Shown: one piece after another, positions 26,331-39,556 of the stretch
Layout of the letters: each line of letters begins with the position of its first letter
How positions within the stretch are numbered: position 1 is the stretch's first letter
DNA from: Glycera tridactyla
Taxonomy: Eukaryota
Direction: 5' to 3'
DNA: 64,000 nt
Assembly (NCBI GenBank): GCA_965644265.1
Contig: OZ286463.1
Location: forward strand, 38,440,001-38,504,000
Program-made: the position numbers and the translations under genes
Notes under the pieces: model-generated
The model's database searches: none
What the model was told of the DNA's origin: nothing
Seen by the model: the letters and a program-made list of their open reading frames with translations, nothing else

Positions 26331-27759
26331 TGAGTTCGATATCATGGATCACGATAAGATCGAACGCACGCTGAACGAATTATGCAAAACCCAAACCTAT
26401 CTTGAATGGCAATGTTCAATATGTGTGGATAACCATGTCATAGCTTATCTTCATTCCACTCATATTCATATAATCTGCAATCACCCCAAGTGAATGTCGT
26501 CGCCTCATCTCATTTCTCGTATTCATGTGTTTTCCTTACCTGTTTCTTTCATCTACATGGAAAACGACTTTGTTTGAGGTAATTGCATTGGACAAATGTG
26601 TTCAAAAAGTGTTCAAAATCAAAATATCCGTCTGTTTGTCCTTCTTGCTACCAGTTGTCTCCCTGCCTGCCTGTGTATCTGTCTGTTGATTCATCCATAC
26701 ATCTTACTTTGGCCCTCGAAGACTTTGTCAGTGTGACGGTTCGTATTCCATGGTTGTGTAGTGGGCTAGAAATCAGGCGATTAGTTGAGATGCCAGTTGG
26801 TGGATGGCAGGTGCAAGAACTCCAGTCCCCCTGCTATCCACTGACAGGCCCTAGCAACTGGGGTAGCGTCCATGGCAGCCAAAATGGCTGCCCAGCCTGG
26901 ATGTTTTCAGATTTGGGCTAAACTTTTCTTTCTTTTTTGGTCATGTGAATGACCCTGAATCTGGGTCAGGCATATAGCTTGTAAGTCAGTTTCTAGACCG
27001 TGGGGTTACTTGCACTAAATGGACTCAGTATCACTGACTAGACTAGGGTTTTCTGTGAGAAACACAGGTCTGAATATTGAGAATCTATGCAGAGATGGTT
27101 GGTCATATAGGAAATTAATTATTGGTTGATTTGAGCAACTTGCACCTAAATTATCTATACAAAATCAAGGGATAACACCTTCAGGACCATCTTGTCAGTT
27201 ATCATACATGGGTCAAATTTCAATGATGTCTGCCATGTGTTAGTGTTGGTGGGCAATATTGCTTTCATATCAGCCTGATCCTGTTTGACTGCAATTACCA
27301 AGTTCAGCTTTGAATAACATCAACTTTGAAAGATGACTTTCAGGAAATATTGGCATCATGAAATAATTGACCACCTATCTTTTTTCAATTTGTCTAAAAT
27401 CTTTCACTTGATATAATCAAATAAGGGCTGTTTCCAGCCACTGAAATAACTGGAAATTATATATGATATACAAATGTAATTCTAAAGAAAATCAAATCAA
27501 ATCGAATTCTCCGAGATGGATCTATGTATGTGAGAAACTTGGGTTGTCGCCGACTGAATAAAATGGAAATTGCTAATCCTGTTATGATATCATCTTTGGT
27601 TGGTATGTTTCATCAATAGCATGCCTGTGTGGAGAGAGGGTGTGTGGCGTAGGGTCAGGCTCTGCTAGAGAGGCTTGTAACCTGATGTGCCACGAGCTGT
27701 CCCTCGCCTCCTGGCCAACTGGATGTCAAGGGGTGAACAGCCGTGATTCAGTCATTTGA

Positions 27760-28480
27760 CCGAGAGACCTGTTTTCGAGAATCTGGACTTTTCTCAAGGT
27801 ACCTAGAACTGGCTTATGGTCAGTGATTTGAGTGATTACACGCAGCTTGGTGTCAGCATTCGCCATTCGTTTATCAAGCCAGTGCAATGCATATTGTAAG
27901 TGCTCCACCCAGAGACACATCGGGTCAATTGTGGTAATCTCACTATCTTGGGATGATTGGGAAGATGAAGCAAATATAACCAGTGATAAGTAGAGCGTGA
28001 CAAATCACTGACCATCTATCACTTATACAGGCTGACTGACACGCATGTGGTTTACATTCAATTAGGAAGAAGATGTGTACACATGCGCAGTAGCCACCAT
28101 CCATTTCCGTCCGGCATTCAGCGGAGTGTGCTTAGCATAATTGACCGGCTCGTTTCAGACACACTATCTAATCTGCCTTCAGTTTGTGAAACCAATCCCC
28201 TCCACTCGAAGCGCATTCGTAGCAATGAGAGCCGAATCATGCTTCATTTTCAGGGTATCCAATTCAGAATATAGCTAGGAGTTTCTGCCGCATCATCGGC
28301 TTGAAGATAAGCTGCGAGGTGAACGAGTTGACAGATGCTGTGATGGGATGATTCTGATGTGATAGGTCGCATCGTCCGGTCATATCCTACCAGCTTAATG
28401 TTACCAACTATAATCTAGACAGGCCTAACTTCCTAGTGATATACAAAATATCTCAGAGTAAATTCCTCTCCATATCCAGT
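27760..28480 (-). mobile_element. LINE AP-endonuclease fragment
   Basis: The minus strand has IIVGNIK (iivGDFN-like), PQLTR (pTR-like) and ITDHKPV (SDH.pv-like) in APE order. Confidence 0.4.
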
Positions 28481-28630
28481 GCAGATCTCGAGATTCCGGA
28501 CAACACTAACGCGAGACATTTTCGGACCTTACATATCAGGGCAAAAACGTTGAGCCTAATTCGGAGATTGATTGAAGCAATTCAAAACAGGACACTTGTT
28601 GTGACATGGGAATTCAGCAGGGTGTGATTA

Positions 28631-28768
28631 TAAAGAATGCCCCGAGTGCCGAGTACACGAAGACCGTACCGCCAAGTAGCGTTCCCCGGGGAACGCACGA
28701 GTGCTTTCCCGAAGAACGCAACGATGCGAGTACGGTCCCCCAGTGCTCGGTATGAGTGACATTCTTAA
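28631..28768. mobile_element. 138-bp foldback/MITE-like element
   Basis: Imperfect terminal inverted repeats (TAAAGAATGCCCCGAGTGCCGAGTAC vs reverse complement TTAAGAATGTCACTCATACCGAGCAC), an inner GACCGTAC/GTACGGTC pair and a central perfect 18-bp palindrome; CpG-rich. Confidence 0.65.
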
Positions 28769-30199
28769 TTTATCATCTGATCTCTGTATTAGACAAATTA
28801 AATTCAACATTTCAGAGCCTATAAAGTTTGAAAATCCCGCCGAGAACAGCGTATCTGGTGACGTGTCCACCGGCAGCACATTGCTTTGAACGCTACGGTC
28901 CTGCTAGTCGACCTTTGACCTCAATTGTTCTAAGGCCAATGAGCATTGCAAGATCGTGTCACGTGACTCTGCCAGGGCTCACTATAAACATGTGGTTTGA
29001 TTTCAGATTACCACCCGGTAGCAAACCACCACGGTGAACGACGATTACCAACACGCTACACCCTCGATTGGATGATAAACCAAAGAAAGCATGTCTCTTC
29101 ACCGACCAGACTGTTAATGACTAGAACCGATTTCGGGGCTCTGTTTTTCAGAATTTCTTTGGAGTGGTTTCAGCAGTTTACAGTGTAGTTATGAATCTGT
29201 CGGATTTGTTTCAGCCGTTTACAGTGTAGTTATGAGTCCTCGTATTTGAAACGCTCCTGATATTAGTGACATTATTCATTTCTATGGTGTACCCATCGGT
29301 ATTTGCGTGCGTAAAGTCGGCTCCCTTCAATCATCATGCCTGAAGTGAGTGAGCACAGTTTGTGATTTTGAACATTCTCGAAGGAAGAAGGGTCAACAAG
29401 GAATTTAATTCAGCTGTATTTGTCAAGCAGGTGCTTCATTTTTTCCTTTAATCGGCTTAACTTCGTGTCAGTAAGCCTTCTTTCTCACCCACGTTTGCCA
29501 TGTACCGGTATCAGCTGCTACATCCGATGAGACTTCACATCTTTATGAACAGTTGACGCAGTATAATGAACTTTATGATTGTTGTCAGACTTCTATTCTG
29601 TGACAAAGTTTGTCTTCTGCCAATTCATACACAAGCTGATACATAACAGCGTCATTCGTCACATTAGGATAACCTGAAGACTCACTTCATCGTGGTGCAG
29701 TCGATGTGGTAGAGAAAAATTGCTTTCTCGGTTGAGAAGGCGTTAAAAGATAAACGCCTGATTATGCTCTTAAGAACTATGTAGGCTGCTTGGCTCAATA
29801 GCTTCGAGGTTTTGCGGCATTGCCCCCGGATTGGTGCTCTACTACCCAATAGTTCATTTCCGTATTTGCCAGTTTTTATAGGAACACCAATTTTTGCATC
29901 ATTTCTCCGATCAGATCCAGACTTTTGTGTTGGACCCGGATGGTAGCCTTAACCTGTTGAATTCGAGTCGTCTCCTGGAATGAATAAGTTTAACTTCACC
30001 TTTCTACAACCAAGACTACTAATACTTATACTCATACGAGACGTGAAAAATGGGTCAGCTTTGTCGCTTTTGTCTAGGCAATACTTGGACTGCAGGAATA
30101 TTTTTTTTCTCTGCGATTCGAATCCATCGAACAAATCCGATCTTTTTCAAATATCTATGGTTTCAATCTATTGAAACATGTTCTTCATACTCCCTATAT

Positions 30200-31700
30200 T
30201 ATGAGGTTAGGACCTCACATACTGAAAATCAACACATTTCATCATTATGTGCTTCACTCGCTCACGTTCCTATTCCTTCACATCCGGCTGCTGAACGTGT
30301 TGATTTTTTTGTGTGGTTTTACTATTCCCACTCTCTTGCCATAGGTTTGTTTAAGGATAGTAGATATCCATATCAGCGATAAAAGTGGATATCCATATCA
30401 GCGATGGATAGTATTTTGTTGTGTCGTTGTTAAATCTGTATACTCATCCATTGATTGGATGAGTGAAGAGTCACTAGGATTCCTTGATTTCACCAGTTCA
30501 ATGGTCAACAGGGAGTCTGTGAATATATATTTCCATTCATTGAAGTCAGATATATGCTTTCTTGCAATTAACTTTCTCCTAATTTTATCAGGAAATGCCA
30601 TCGATTTTGGGGAGATTGCAACTGTATATGTTATGGCATGTATAGGCTGCCGAAACACGCTTGTCGTCATGCATCGGGCCATCAGTGTATATGGCCTTTT
30701 GGACATGATAAATAGATCTGATATAGATATATTAACCCTCCATTTGGAACTGAGTCAGACTCTATTGTATAAATGTTCCAAGAGTATCCAGTTCGATTGT
30801 GCATCTATGGACAGTATTTGCAGGGTTTAACCTCAACTTCAGACACTATTGTCAAATCAATTTCTTCATGCGATAGCCAGCGGACGTTATCTTACTCATA
30901 CACGTGGACTCTCCCTGAGATATCACAAAGTCGCCAAGAAAAATGTGGGACCTTGATTTGCCACGGGATCAAGCAAATTCGATTTGCTGGCAGATCCATA
31001 TATCATGGATCCAGTCTAATCTTAATCTGTTTTTTTGGTTGTTGAATGTGTTGTTTGGTCGTCAGTCAGTGATCAAAGATTTTGCCTAGAAGTTCGGTCT
31101 GTTCGACCGCTGGTATTTATGCTCCATCTAGTGTGATCGATGTTCCGTGCATGATCACATGTAATGACTACTATCGGCCTATTTTGGCCTTTTCATCCTA
31201 TAGCTTTTAACTTGACGAAGATCCTAATAACTATGAGCAGTGTGCTGTTGGGAGGAGTGCTGATGGATCATACTGAGGGAAGAAGTGGCCATCCATTGGT
31301 ATTGGGAACTTGCCTGTCCGTATTGTATTTTATCAAATAATTTATCCAGTGTGTTTAGTTCACCCCAGCCACGAGTCCACGAATTGATAGGATAGTCCAG
31401 AAAAACGTCAAACATCCTCGAATTGCAAATGAATCTCAGTATTAGAAGATATGTATGGACTCGTCACATCTTTCGTGAAAAGGATTTCTGGGTGTGGTTT
31501 CCCCAGTCTAGCGATTTAAACTCAGTGAACGGCGTCCTTGTTCGTTTCAAGTCACTTCCGCTTTTCCAGAGTGAACTGATCTTGACATTTTATACACCGA
31601 GATGCCCTGGAATGGATGATGATCAATTATTTATCAAAGCTCCTGCTGACCTTCTTGGTCAAATCAAGTACCTCACTAAATCAAACGACTATTTCCTAAT
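30200..31700 (-). mobile_element. RNase H-bearing LINE relic (I/Nimb-like): RT C-terminal half plus RNase H
   Basis: On the minus strand: INN*SSSIP...SLWKSG, then GWGE...LDKLFDKIQYG (WG...ldYG), then KAIYTDG (IYTDG at 30678-30692) and KYIFTDSL (IFTDS at 30512-30526), i.e. the RNase HI motifs. Confidence 0.7.
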
Positions 31701-32123
31701 ATCAAGAATACAGTTTATCAATATAACATTTGGTCTGATAATTGTAGTACCCCTACTCTCTGACTCATCCATCATTAGGATACTTGCGCTTCCACTATGT
31801 AGGTTCTGCTGGTTTTGCTTTACATATAACCCCCGACAGCGCCACTTCGAGGCACGGATACTATTGACTGGAGTCCCGTCTTGGATTTTAATACGATGAC
31901 ATGGCCTTGATACCAACTACTTGTAGTCTGTTGAGAAGACGCGTCCCTACTGGATCATTTGCAATAGATTATGAACTCCGTGTAAATCGGATTGATGTAT
32001 TTCTAGAGAGATAGGAGAGATAGATAAAGATGGACATAGACATATAGATGCAGGCTGGTGAAAATGAGAGGGAAAGGAGAATGAGCGTATGGGGGAGAGG
32101 GAAAGGGGGTGGGTTGGGAAAGA

Positions 32124-32137
32124 GTGAGAGAGAGAGA

Positions 32138-32209
<72 letters not shown>
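32124..32209. repeat. (GA)n microsatellite
   Basis: Seen directly. Confidence 0.98.
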
Positions 32210-32212
<3 letters not shown>

Positions 32213-33559
32213 GGGGGTTGCGTGCAGGGATATCTGATGGACTTGAAATGCATGATGTCTGACCATGAAAAAAGAGGCTCAGTACATTAGCATCTCCTAT
32301 CCACGAGCTGAGACATTTCGCTGATGTGCGCTGTCAGAAAACAGATGCCACTTCTACACATTTTGGTTTAACACCCTTACTCGGTGAAGTTCATGATATA
32401 TATCCGAAGTTTGTCTATAATATTCAAATGTTCGTAAAACATGGAAATATGAATTCGATTGCTTTCGTTCATCTTCGCATTGAATATATGTATGTGTTAT
32501 CTGGCTGAAGTTATTTTCTACAGAAATGCACATATGCACATGTCTCATATCTGCCACAATATCAAGCCATATGAGAGATAATTCAACTACCGAGCTCTGA
32601 CCCTGAGAAAAACAGTCACCATCTCTATAGCCAACTTATAGGTGGTCATGTTTGAAGTTGACCTCGACCATTCTCATTTGCCACTAGTCAGATGTATCAA
32701 TGTGAATCTATTGACTAGTCAGATGTATCAATATGAATCTATTGACCCTCGGCCACCTGTTCGACGGTCAGAAGTACACGTGTACAGAATTATAGAACAC
32801 ACGTATTGCACGCACGATGCATGTCATATTGTCAAAATATTCCATATGCAGAGCTGGCATTGTTTTTCGATATTCAAACATCAACATCATCTCATGTCGA
32901 CACTGATCAGAGTTGGATTTATTGGTCATATCCCATATAGATTGTCATTCCTCAGAATCGAGCAACTCAATTTATTATTGTTAAAAGGGGTGAACTTGTA
33001 TTTCAATGAATGGTACTTTCAAATGGATGGCTCGGACGGGATTTCTTCATTAATTCGAAGCAAACACACTCCCCGGCGGCTGTCACCAAAGTGGTGCTCT
33101 ATTGTGTCAGGCGAAAGACCATCAAACGTTCTTGTGTGAAAGGTATTTCCTTTTTGATGTGGTGATGGCACATTTTGTCATGACATTATTTTATTGAAGA
33201 TCGATTGTCATTAAGTAGATCGTACCGAAGAATGCGCAACAACCGTGTCTACATTGGACGTCAATTAGAGTTCATTTTTCATCTGCAACCCATCCATCTA
33301 ATTTTCACCTAAGGTACAATAGTTTCTCCCTGAAGCAAGATAATCTGTCATGAAAGAACAGTGGGGATGGAATAACCCTTTCTATCCTATTTCGGCAGCA
33401 CACCTATAACATCGAATACATGCCATAGCTAGATTGCTTCCCTGGAACTCATGTCGGTCTGTACCTCCCCCAAAATCAGGTGATCTGTCAACCGGTGACA
33501 CAGCTGCCACAGAGATCATGTTCGTTTGTTCGACTGTTTAGGTGATCTCAGCCCATTAC

Positions 33560-33900
33560 CACTATCAGAGCCCCTGCTGGTTTTGATCTTCCCAAAGCTG
33601 CCTGTAGCTATTTATGGGTGACAGGTCTAATCTTGGCAATGTGCCGACCTCTGCCTATGATCGAATTTTGAGCCCTCCTCTCTTGTGCTTGCATGTGTGT
33701 GCGTCTGTTGTGGAGAGGATCAGTATAGCTGTTAGTCATCTATAATAGGACCATTGCGAATTCAAGACCATTGTTTTCAGATCCCGGATAGATACTCTCA
33801 CCATCACCCAACCCTGTTGGCGGGTCGCTCATACCTGTCATACAGGTAGAAGGCCTTCTCATACTCTGCAGCCGCTATAACATTTGGATCAAGTGTGAAG
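33560..33900 (-). mobile_element. Possible LINE RT core fragment
   Basis: The minus strand reads AEYEKAF (DyeKAFD-like); the rest is heavily decayed. Confidence 0.3.
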
Positions 33901-34539
33901 ACGCTACCACTACTCCACGCAGCACCCTGTATTAGGTATTAACCAAGTATATCAAGTGTACTATCTGTATTCAAACATCTGGAGGTCAATAACTTTGGAT
34001 TATTCTCGTTGGACGCACATGTAGGCTTCTGTCTGCGGAATTACCACAGAATAAGAACTAGTAGTGACAGTATAGCCCCGGCTGGACAACCACGGAGTAA
34101 ATACCTTCGAAAAGGATCATTACTTTCCTCATGTCAAACTTTACAAACCATGTTTTTCAACGATGTATGTGTGTCAGTCGAAATTCTCGAGTCATCCGAC
34201 TCGATTTCTCTTGAACACTTTGATGTGACATTGCATTCCATCTAGTGGTATGTCACATCTTACGCTCATTTGCGATGTACTTATTTAGTAATGCAGTAGT
34301 AGAATATATGCCACACAACATGGAGTACCTCATATCTGCATCATAATTCATGGTCAAACCTGCATTTACCTCGCATACTTATGCTGTGATATACATGCTC
34401 AAAGGGGATGCAAAAAATCATATGCATAGATGACTCTACGTGTATTCACAATATTATGTTCAGTGCCCTCATGCTGAGAAAATTGATTTTTGTTCGTCTC
34501 GCCAACTCAGAACGAACAGCCTTGCACAGATGATATCCA

Positions 34540-34900
34540 TCAATATTCAAACTAACACAAATGCCAACCAAGTGGTTGCTCATTACAGTGGTTACATCCT
34601 CTCCGACACATCATGCAGCAAACCAGTTGGAATCTTCATGATCACACCAAAAACTATAAATGTATACAGTGGAGTTACCGAGCTAACTAAAATGACATGT
34701 TACAAAATTTTACTGTGTAGGAATAGGTACGGTAGCAGTTTTTGTATGCACGCAGCAGTTACTGTGCACTGTGTGGAGGGACAGACCTTGGAAGAAAGGG
34801 GTTACTTCAGGGGAGAGTTTACCCCCCTGTTGAGTCGGATCAGCCACAATTCAAGCCCGGGTCATCTGAAGCTCACCGCTTTTTTCCATCCTCACTCTTT
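34540..34900 (+). mobile_element. Possible LINE APE fragment
   Basis: CRNRYGSSFCMH (R.DR..gGgv-like) and LQGRVYPP (gvvYRPP-like). Confidence 0.33.
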
Positions 34901-36299
34901 CTTCATGGTATAGTCAATATATCATCCGATTGAAATTGTGAATACTTGTAGGACAATAGTCACACTTTCACAACCATGTATCTTCGCTTCCATGTATTCC
35001 TCTCACGATAATTCAGCACGAGGTGCGCAATAAGCAAAATATGATGAATTGACGTTGATGGATTTCATATTCTATGGTGAGACATGACTGGAATCAGTAG
35101 GTGGGTGTGTAGCGACTAGCTTTACATCTGTGATCACATCGTCAAATCAAGTGTATTGAATGAATTGCTTACATGCGGAGCCTATGCTATTGTCACGGAT
35201 CCTATCAGGCATGGATATGAGGCACGTTGGTACTGCCAATCAGAGTTCGATGCTCCGAGCGTGTTTCTGATGATCAAGAATTATGGACATGTCAAATCTA
35301 ATGAAAATCTTCTTGTTTTAGCGAAGGTGAAATGATTTGACTGCATCATTGACTTTCGGAATACATGTGAAAATTTACTTTATGTATCCCATTGACTACC
35401 CATATCCTATTCTTTGGTGAGTGAATGTCATGTAAGTGGAGAGAGTTTGCAAGGAAGTGAATCTCAAAATGAGGCGACCAGCAGACACATTGAGGAAAAA
35501 CGTCACATGAGCACCAAACCCAAGAATCTCCAGTGACTTCTCCCAGATGACTTCGAAATTGAGGATGTTTTGATTGAATCGAGAACCCATGTCACTCGCG
35601 TGATATTTTCGACATTGTTCTTGGAAAAGATGTATCTGAAATCTGATATTCTACACCAAGATCGGATGTGATATGAATATAGTCTTCTTGGCAATGAGGG
35701 ATAAGGAGAAGGACCGGAACAAAAAATTCATGGAATACTATTGAGACGATACTTTTGGGGAGGTGCAGTCAAGTCCGTGCCCAATGTGTGATATAGTGGA
35801 ACGGTTATACATATGAGGCAGATAATCAGATGTGGAAGCACCTAGAAGAGGGAATAAAGTGAATAATTCAATGTAATATTCCACTCACCGCACTGATCCA
35901 CGTGTGCAACTGATGCATTACTCATGCCGAATTGACTATTCAAGCTTCTTGAGGATGGTCTCCATCACTGCATACCAGATTACTGAGGCAATAATGATTA
36001 TGTAATGTACCATCAACAATACTGAAGATGGGGATCCAGGTATGGTAATGCAGTATTCAGTCGAGCATCAATCAAGCAGGCGTGAGCCAATACAATGAAA
36101 TGTTCTTGATAGCTACTCTGAATCACTTCCACCACGCCGATGTTTGTATGTGGGTCACATTGTTTGCCAGGTGTCACGTGGTGTATGGTACATTCAAATG
36201 GCGAGACTGCAAATATTCACTTGTTGTACGATTTGTGACGCCTAGTACTTGGATGAATTAAAATAGTATACTCTTGTAGAAGTGGGTCTATTTATTCAT

Positions 36300-36700
36300 T
36301 TGACTGTTCCTTTATCGATCGTTCTAAATTTCGGATGTAACCTTGCCCTTATCCGTTCTTCCCCACACCAGTGGAGGCTTCTGTACTTGTTCAGGTTTTG
36401 ATGTGACATTATCATTGCATCCCTGAGTGTTGATATAGGAGACTTCGTCGAACGTGATGCCCAGGCTTGGTATTCAAAGCGATTGAAATGACAATGGACA
36501 AAGTGTGATTAATACGGTCGGTTTATTTATTAAGTATCCATTTCCTATGTTTCAGAATGCTAGATGAGAGTATGAACGGGCTTAAGAGTCATCAATTACA
36601 TAGGACAAAGTTCGCTATCAATAACCAGGTAGGCTGAGTATGCAGTCCCCTATCATTACCGAATAACTTTTTCAACAGGATATGTTCCCGCATGCTCAGT
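36300..36700 (-). mobile_element. LINE RT C-terminal fragment (I/Nimb-like)
   Basis: The minus strand reads SLGITFDE...LVWGRTD, resembling yLGItFD...WG.d. Confidence 0.45.
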
Positions 36701-37096
36701 CCCCATGACAGAAACTTTGTGAAAGCCACGTGACCCTGGCTCCACGTTGAAGTGCGACGGATGTAGGTCTCAAAGAATACCCATCATTCAGAAACCACAT
36801 GACAAGTTTCCATAATTGACTACATCAGCAGGCCCGCCTGGATGCGTGAGCCTATAGCTTTCAACAACGACGTGTGAGGATACGCTGATCCGCTAAATGC
36901 AAACATCAGTATCCACTCTCACATTATTTGGTTAGGATTTGACTCGTCCATCGCTCGACAATACAGGAAACGCCTTCATGTGAATGAACTGGCTTGGATG
37001 CGAAGTTTTACATTAGCTCAATACAGGCGAATAATGGTATGCACCAACTGTTGGAATCCGCCTTTCCGAGTTGAAATCACCACAATGTGCAAACTA

Positions 37097-37288
37097 CAGT
37101 CGAACCTGCTCTAAAGACCACCTTTCTATAAGGACCACCTCTATAAAGACCACTTCTCTATAAAGACCACCTGAGATGCGACCTTGGTAGTATTTTCAAC
37201 AGTCAGTGACCTCTCTATAAAGACCACCTGTCCATAAAGACCACTTTTTGGTGCGACCGAAGGCGGTCTTCAAAGACAGGTTCGACTG
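37097..37288. mobile_element. 192-bp pogo/Tigger-type MITE
   Basis: TA TSD at 37095-37096 and 37289-37290; perfect 12-bp TIR CAGTCGAACCTG extending imperfectly to about 26 bp; multiple AAAGACCAC(C/T)T internal repeats. Confidence 0.93.
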
Positions 37289-37290
37289 TA

Positions 37291-38000
37291 TATTCAATTC
37301 AATAAGCTTTATTCACTCTCGTTTAATATATACAATGTGCAGTTGTCTTAAAAAGATTTCTACAACACACATGAAAAACAAAATAATACAAACAAAGCAA
37401 ACACATATACAAACTAAATACAACATGGCAAATTCTCGATTAAAAACATTCACTCACACTTTCATACCCCGGATAAATGAACAATTTCACTCATCCACGC
37501 GCAATATTCATAACCTAAACAAAGCAACTTTGAAACACACATTTATACACATTCCTACGTTAATTTGCGTATTCACATTGAAGTTCACTCATGCTATACT
37601 TCAGAGAAATGGGTAGGTGGGGTGAGTGCTCATCATATGGATGGATCGAAAGACGAAAACAGGAGGCCATATTTCCTGATCCATTGCATTATCAACATGG
37701 ATGATATGTTTATGATAACAGTTTTCACAACGTCTCTCACAATTTTACACAACATCTGAGAAGATTTCAATCCCGCAGGCAATCTTTGAATCATGGGATG
37801 GAGGCTACAGACCACACTATGCAGTCTGGCTATAAATTGACCCAGCTACCACATGTACAGCTACATATTCACCTTTCTCAAATTGATAGAGAAGTCCAAT
37901 CATATAACGAACAATACAAGCGAACAATGAAACGGCCTGAGTATGATCACCAAAAAGCTAGTAGACGTTGCTACCGGGACCATTACCAGTCATTTTCTTC
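37291..38000 (-). mobile_element. LINE 3' end (RT tail, 3' UTR, AATAAA + TTGAA tail)
   Basis: The minus strand ends AATAAAGCTTATTGAATTGAAT at the MITE junction; upstream it reads DCIVWSVAS (dYCsiVWs-like). Confidence 0.55.
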
Positions 38001-38119
38001 ATGCAACAATTTCACATGATCTCAAATTGTCAGGGACTATATATTAGTTATACATTTCGGCAGATGAAGATCACCACGTAATGACTGCCTCGTGGTACGT
38101 ACACTCACTTCAGAAACAG

Positions 38120-39556
38120 GCGGAAAATGATCATAATGAAAATGATAATGAAATGTAGATGAAAATAGTGAATAAAGTGCAAAAGCATGGTGAATAAGCA
38201 TGATTCTGTAAAAAGGATGATTCTGTTCGTTCCAGGCGAGGAACATGGTAATCTGAATGATTTCATTACTGTGAGCTGGTTGAATAGGTGTGTGATGGTT
38301 GTACATACTTGCATAGTGGCATATATTGAGGATGGAGATCTCCAATCAAAATCTTTCCTACGTCTATTAGAGTGTGTTCTTGTCTACGACAATCCAAGAA
38401 TGGCACATCCAACTCTGGATGAGTGAAAGAAGTACGTATTTGATAGTCACTACATGTGATTATTCGTGAAGCCTTATTCTGTACTCGTTGTAATTTTGTT
38501 GCATCGGCAATTCCTAAGTTGTCGTAGACAATATCACAGTGATCGTAAACTTGAAGGATGAGAGACTAGTATATCATCAGAGACGTGCTTTTACTAAGCA
38601 CACCTCTGAGTCTACCAAGTCATCGCACCCTTCCAATTGTTTGTGATCTCATATACTCCGCATGTGCTGAGAAACTGAGTAGGCTATCCAAAATGACACC
38701 GAGATCCTCAACTCAGACACTCTCTCAATTTCCTCCTTTTCGAAGCATATGGAGAATGTATTCCTTTGTAGTTGTGCCCGTGTTCCAAACGCCATTATTT
38801 TCGTTTTTTTTCAGGTTGAGATTTAACTCGTTTCTCTTTTGCCATACACATACATTTTGCGATCATTACCCCGACTTTGCTCTCAAAATATGAGGGTCGG
38901 GGTCTTAGACGTGTCCATGTTGTGTCTGTGTGATGGGGGTTGTGACGAACAACCAAGCAACCTAAGTTGGTATGTACACATAACTTGATATATATACTTG
39001 TGGTGGAAGGTCGGACTTCAGTTCAATCTGAGAACTACTGCACTTCTGGTTGGAATGTGTAGTGGTCTGATTGAAGCCCTGGCCTTCCCCACAGCTACTG
39101 TACAACCCTACTGTACATTGCTGTATTGATGGGGATTGAAACAATTATTGGACTGGAAATACTACGTCGTTGGTTATATGTGGCGGGAGAACCACTCCTG
39201 CCATTGCCGCAAAGAGAGTAGTGATCCTGGTAATCTCAATATAAGCAGACACTGTCATTAGATAGCTACGCTGTCTACCGGCGAGCTCCAGTCAGACCTG
39301 CTCGGATGGGTTGGTCGTGGAAGTCGTTCATGGCATCTGCATAAAAGTTCATACTGGGTCCTCGCATAAATGATGTTACATCATTCACTTATATAGTAAA
39401 CAATAGGGAACCCAGTGTGGACCCCTGTGGCACACCGACATTTATCACTTTGTTGGTCGATATAACACCATTGCCTTTCATATTGAAAATCCTGTTGCCC
39501 GAGTAGCTTCTAAACCAAGATAGGCAGGTTTTGTATTCAGAAGAAAGATAGATTGA
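38120..39556 (-). mobile_element. L2-type LINE RT, disrupted, running into the gap
   Basis: LSWFRSY...NVGVPQGSTLGSLLFTI (GVPQG at 39422-39436), NFYAD and DLGVILDSLLSFSAH...LILQVYDHCDIVY...KLQRVQNKASRII. Confidence 0.88.

Noticed and set aside
26874-26892. GGCAGCC-AAAAT-GGCTGCC inverted motif as part of a DNA transposon end
   Set aside because: A 7-bp stem is expected by chance in 64 kb, and no partner TIR or TSD was identified.
27726-27920. Ty3/Gypsy RNase H (TDHKP motif)
   Set aside because: Upstream IIVGNIK and LTR-tripeptide (pTR-like) motifs fit the APE SDH motif better; no LTRs, integrase or gag nearby.
31423-33139. ORFs 31423-31899 and 32642-33139 as genes
   Set aside because: No recognisable motifs; the first is the antisense shadow of the RNase H-type LINE relic.
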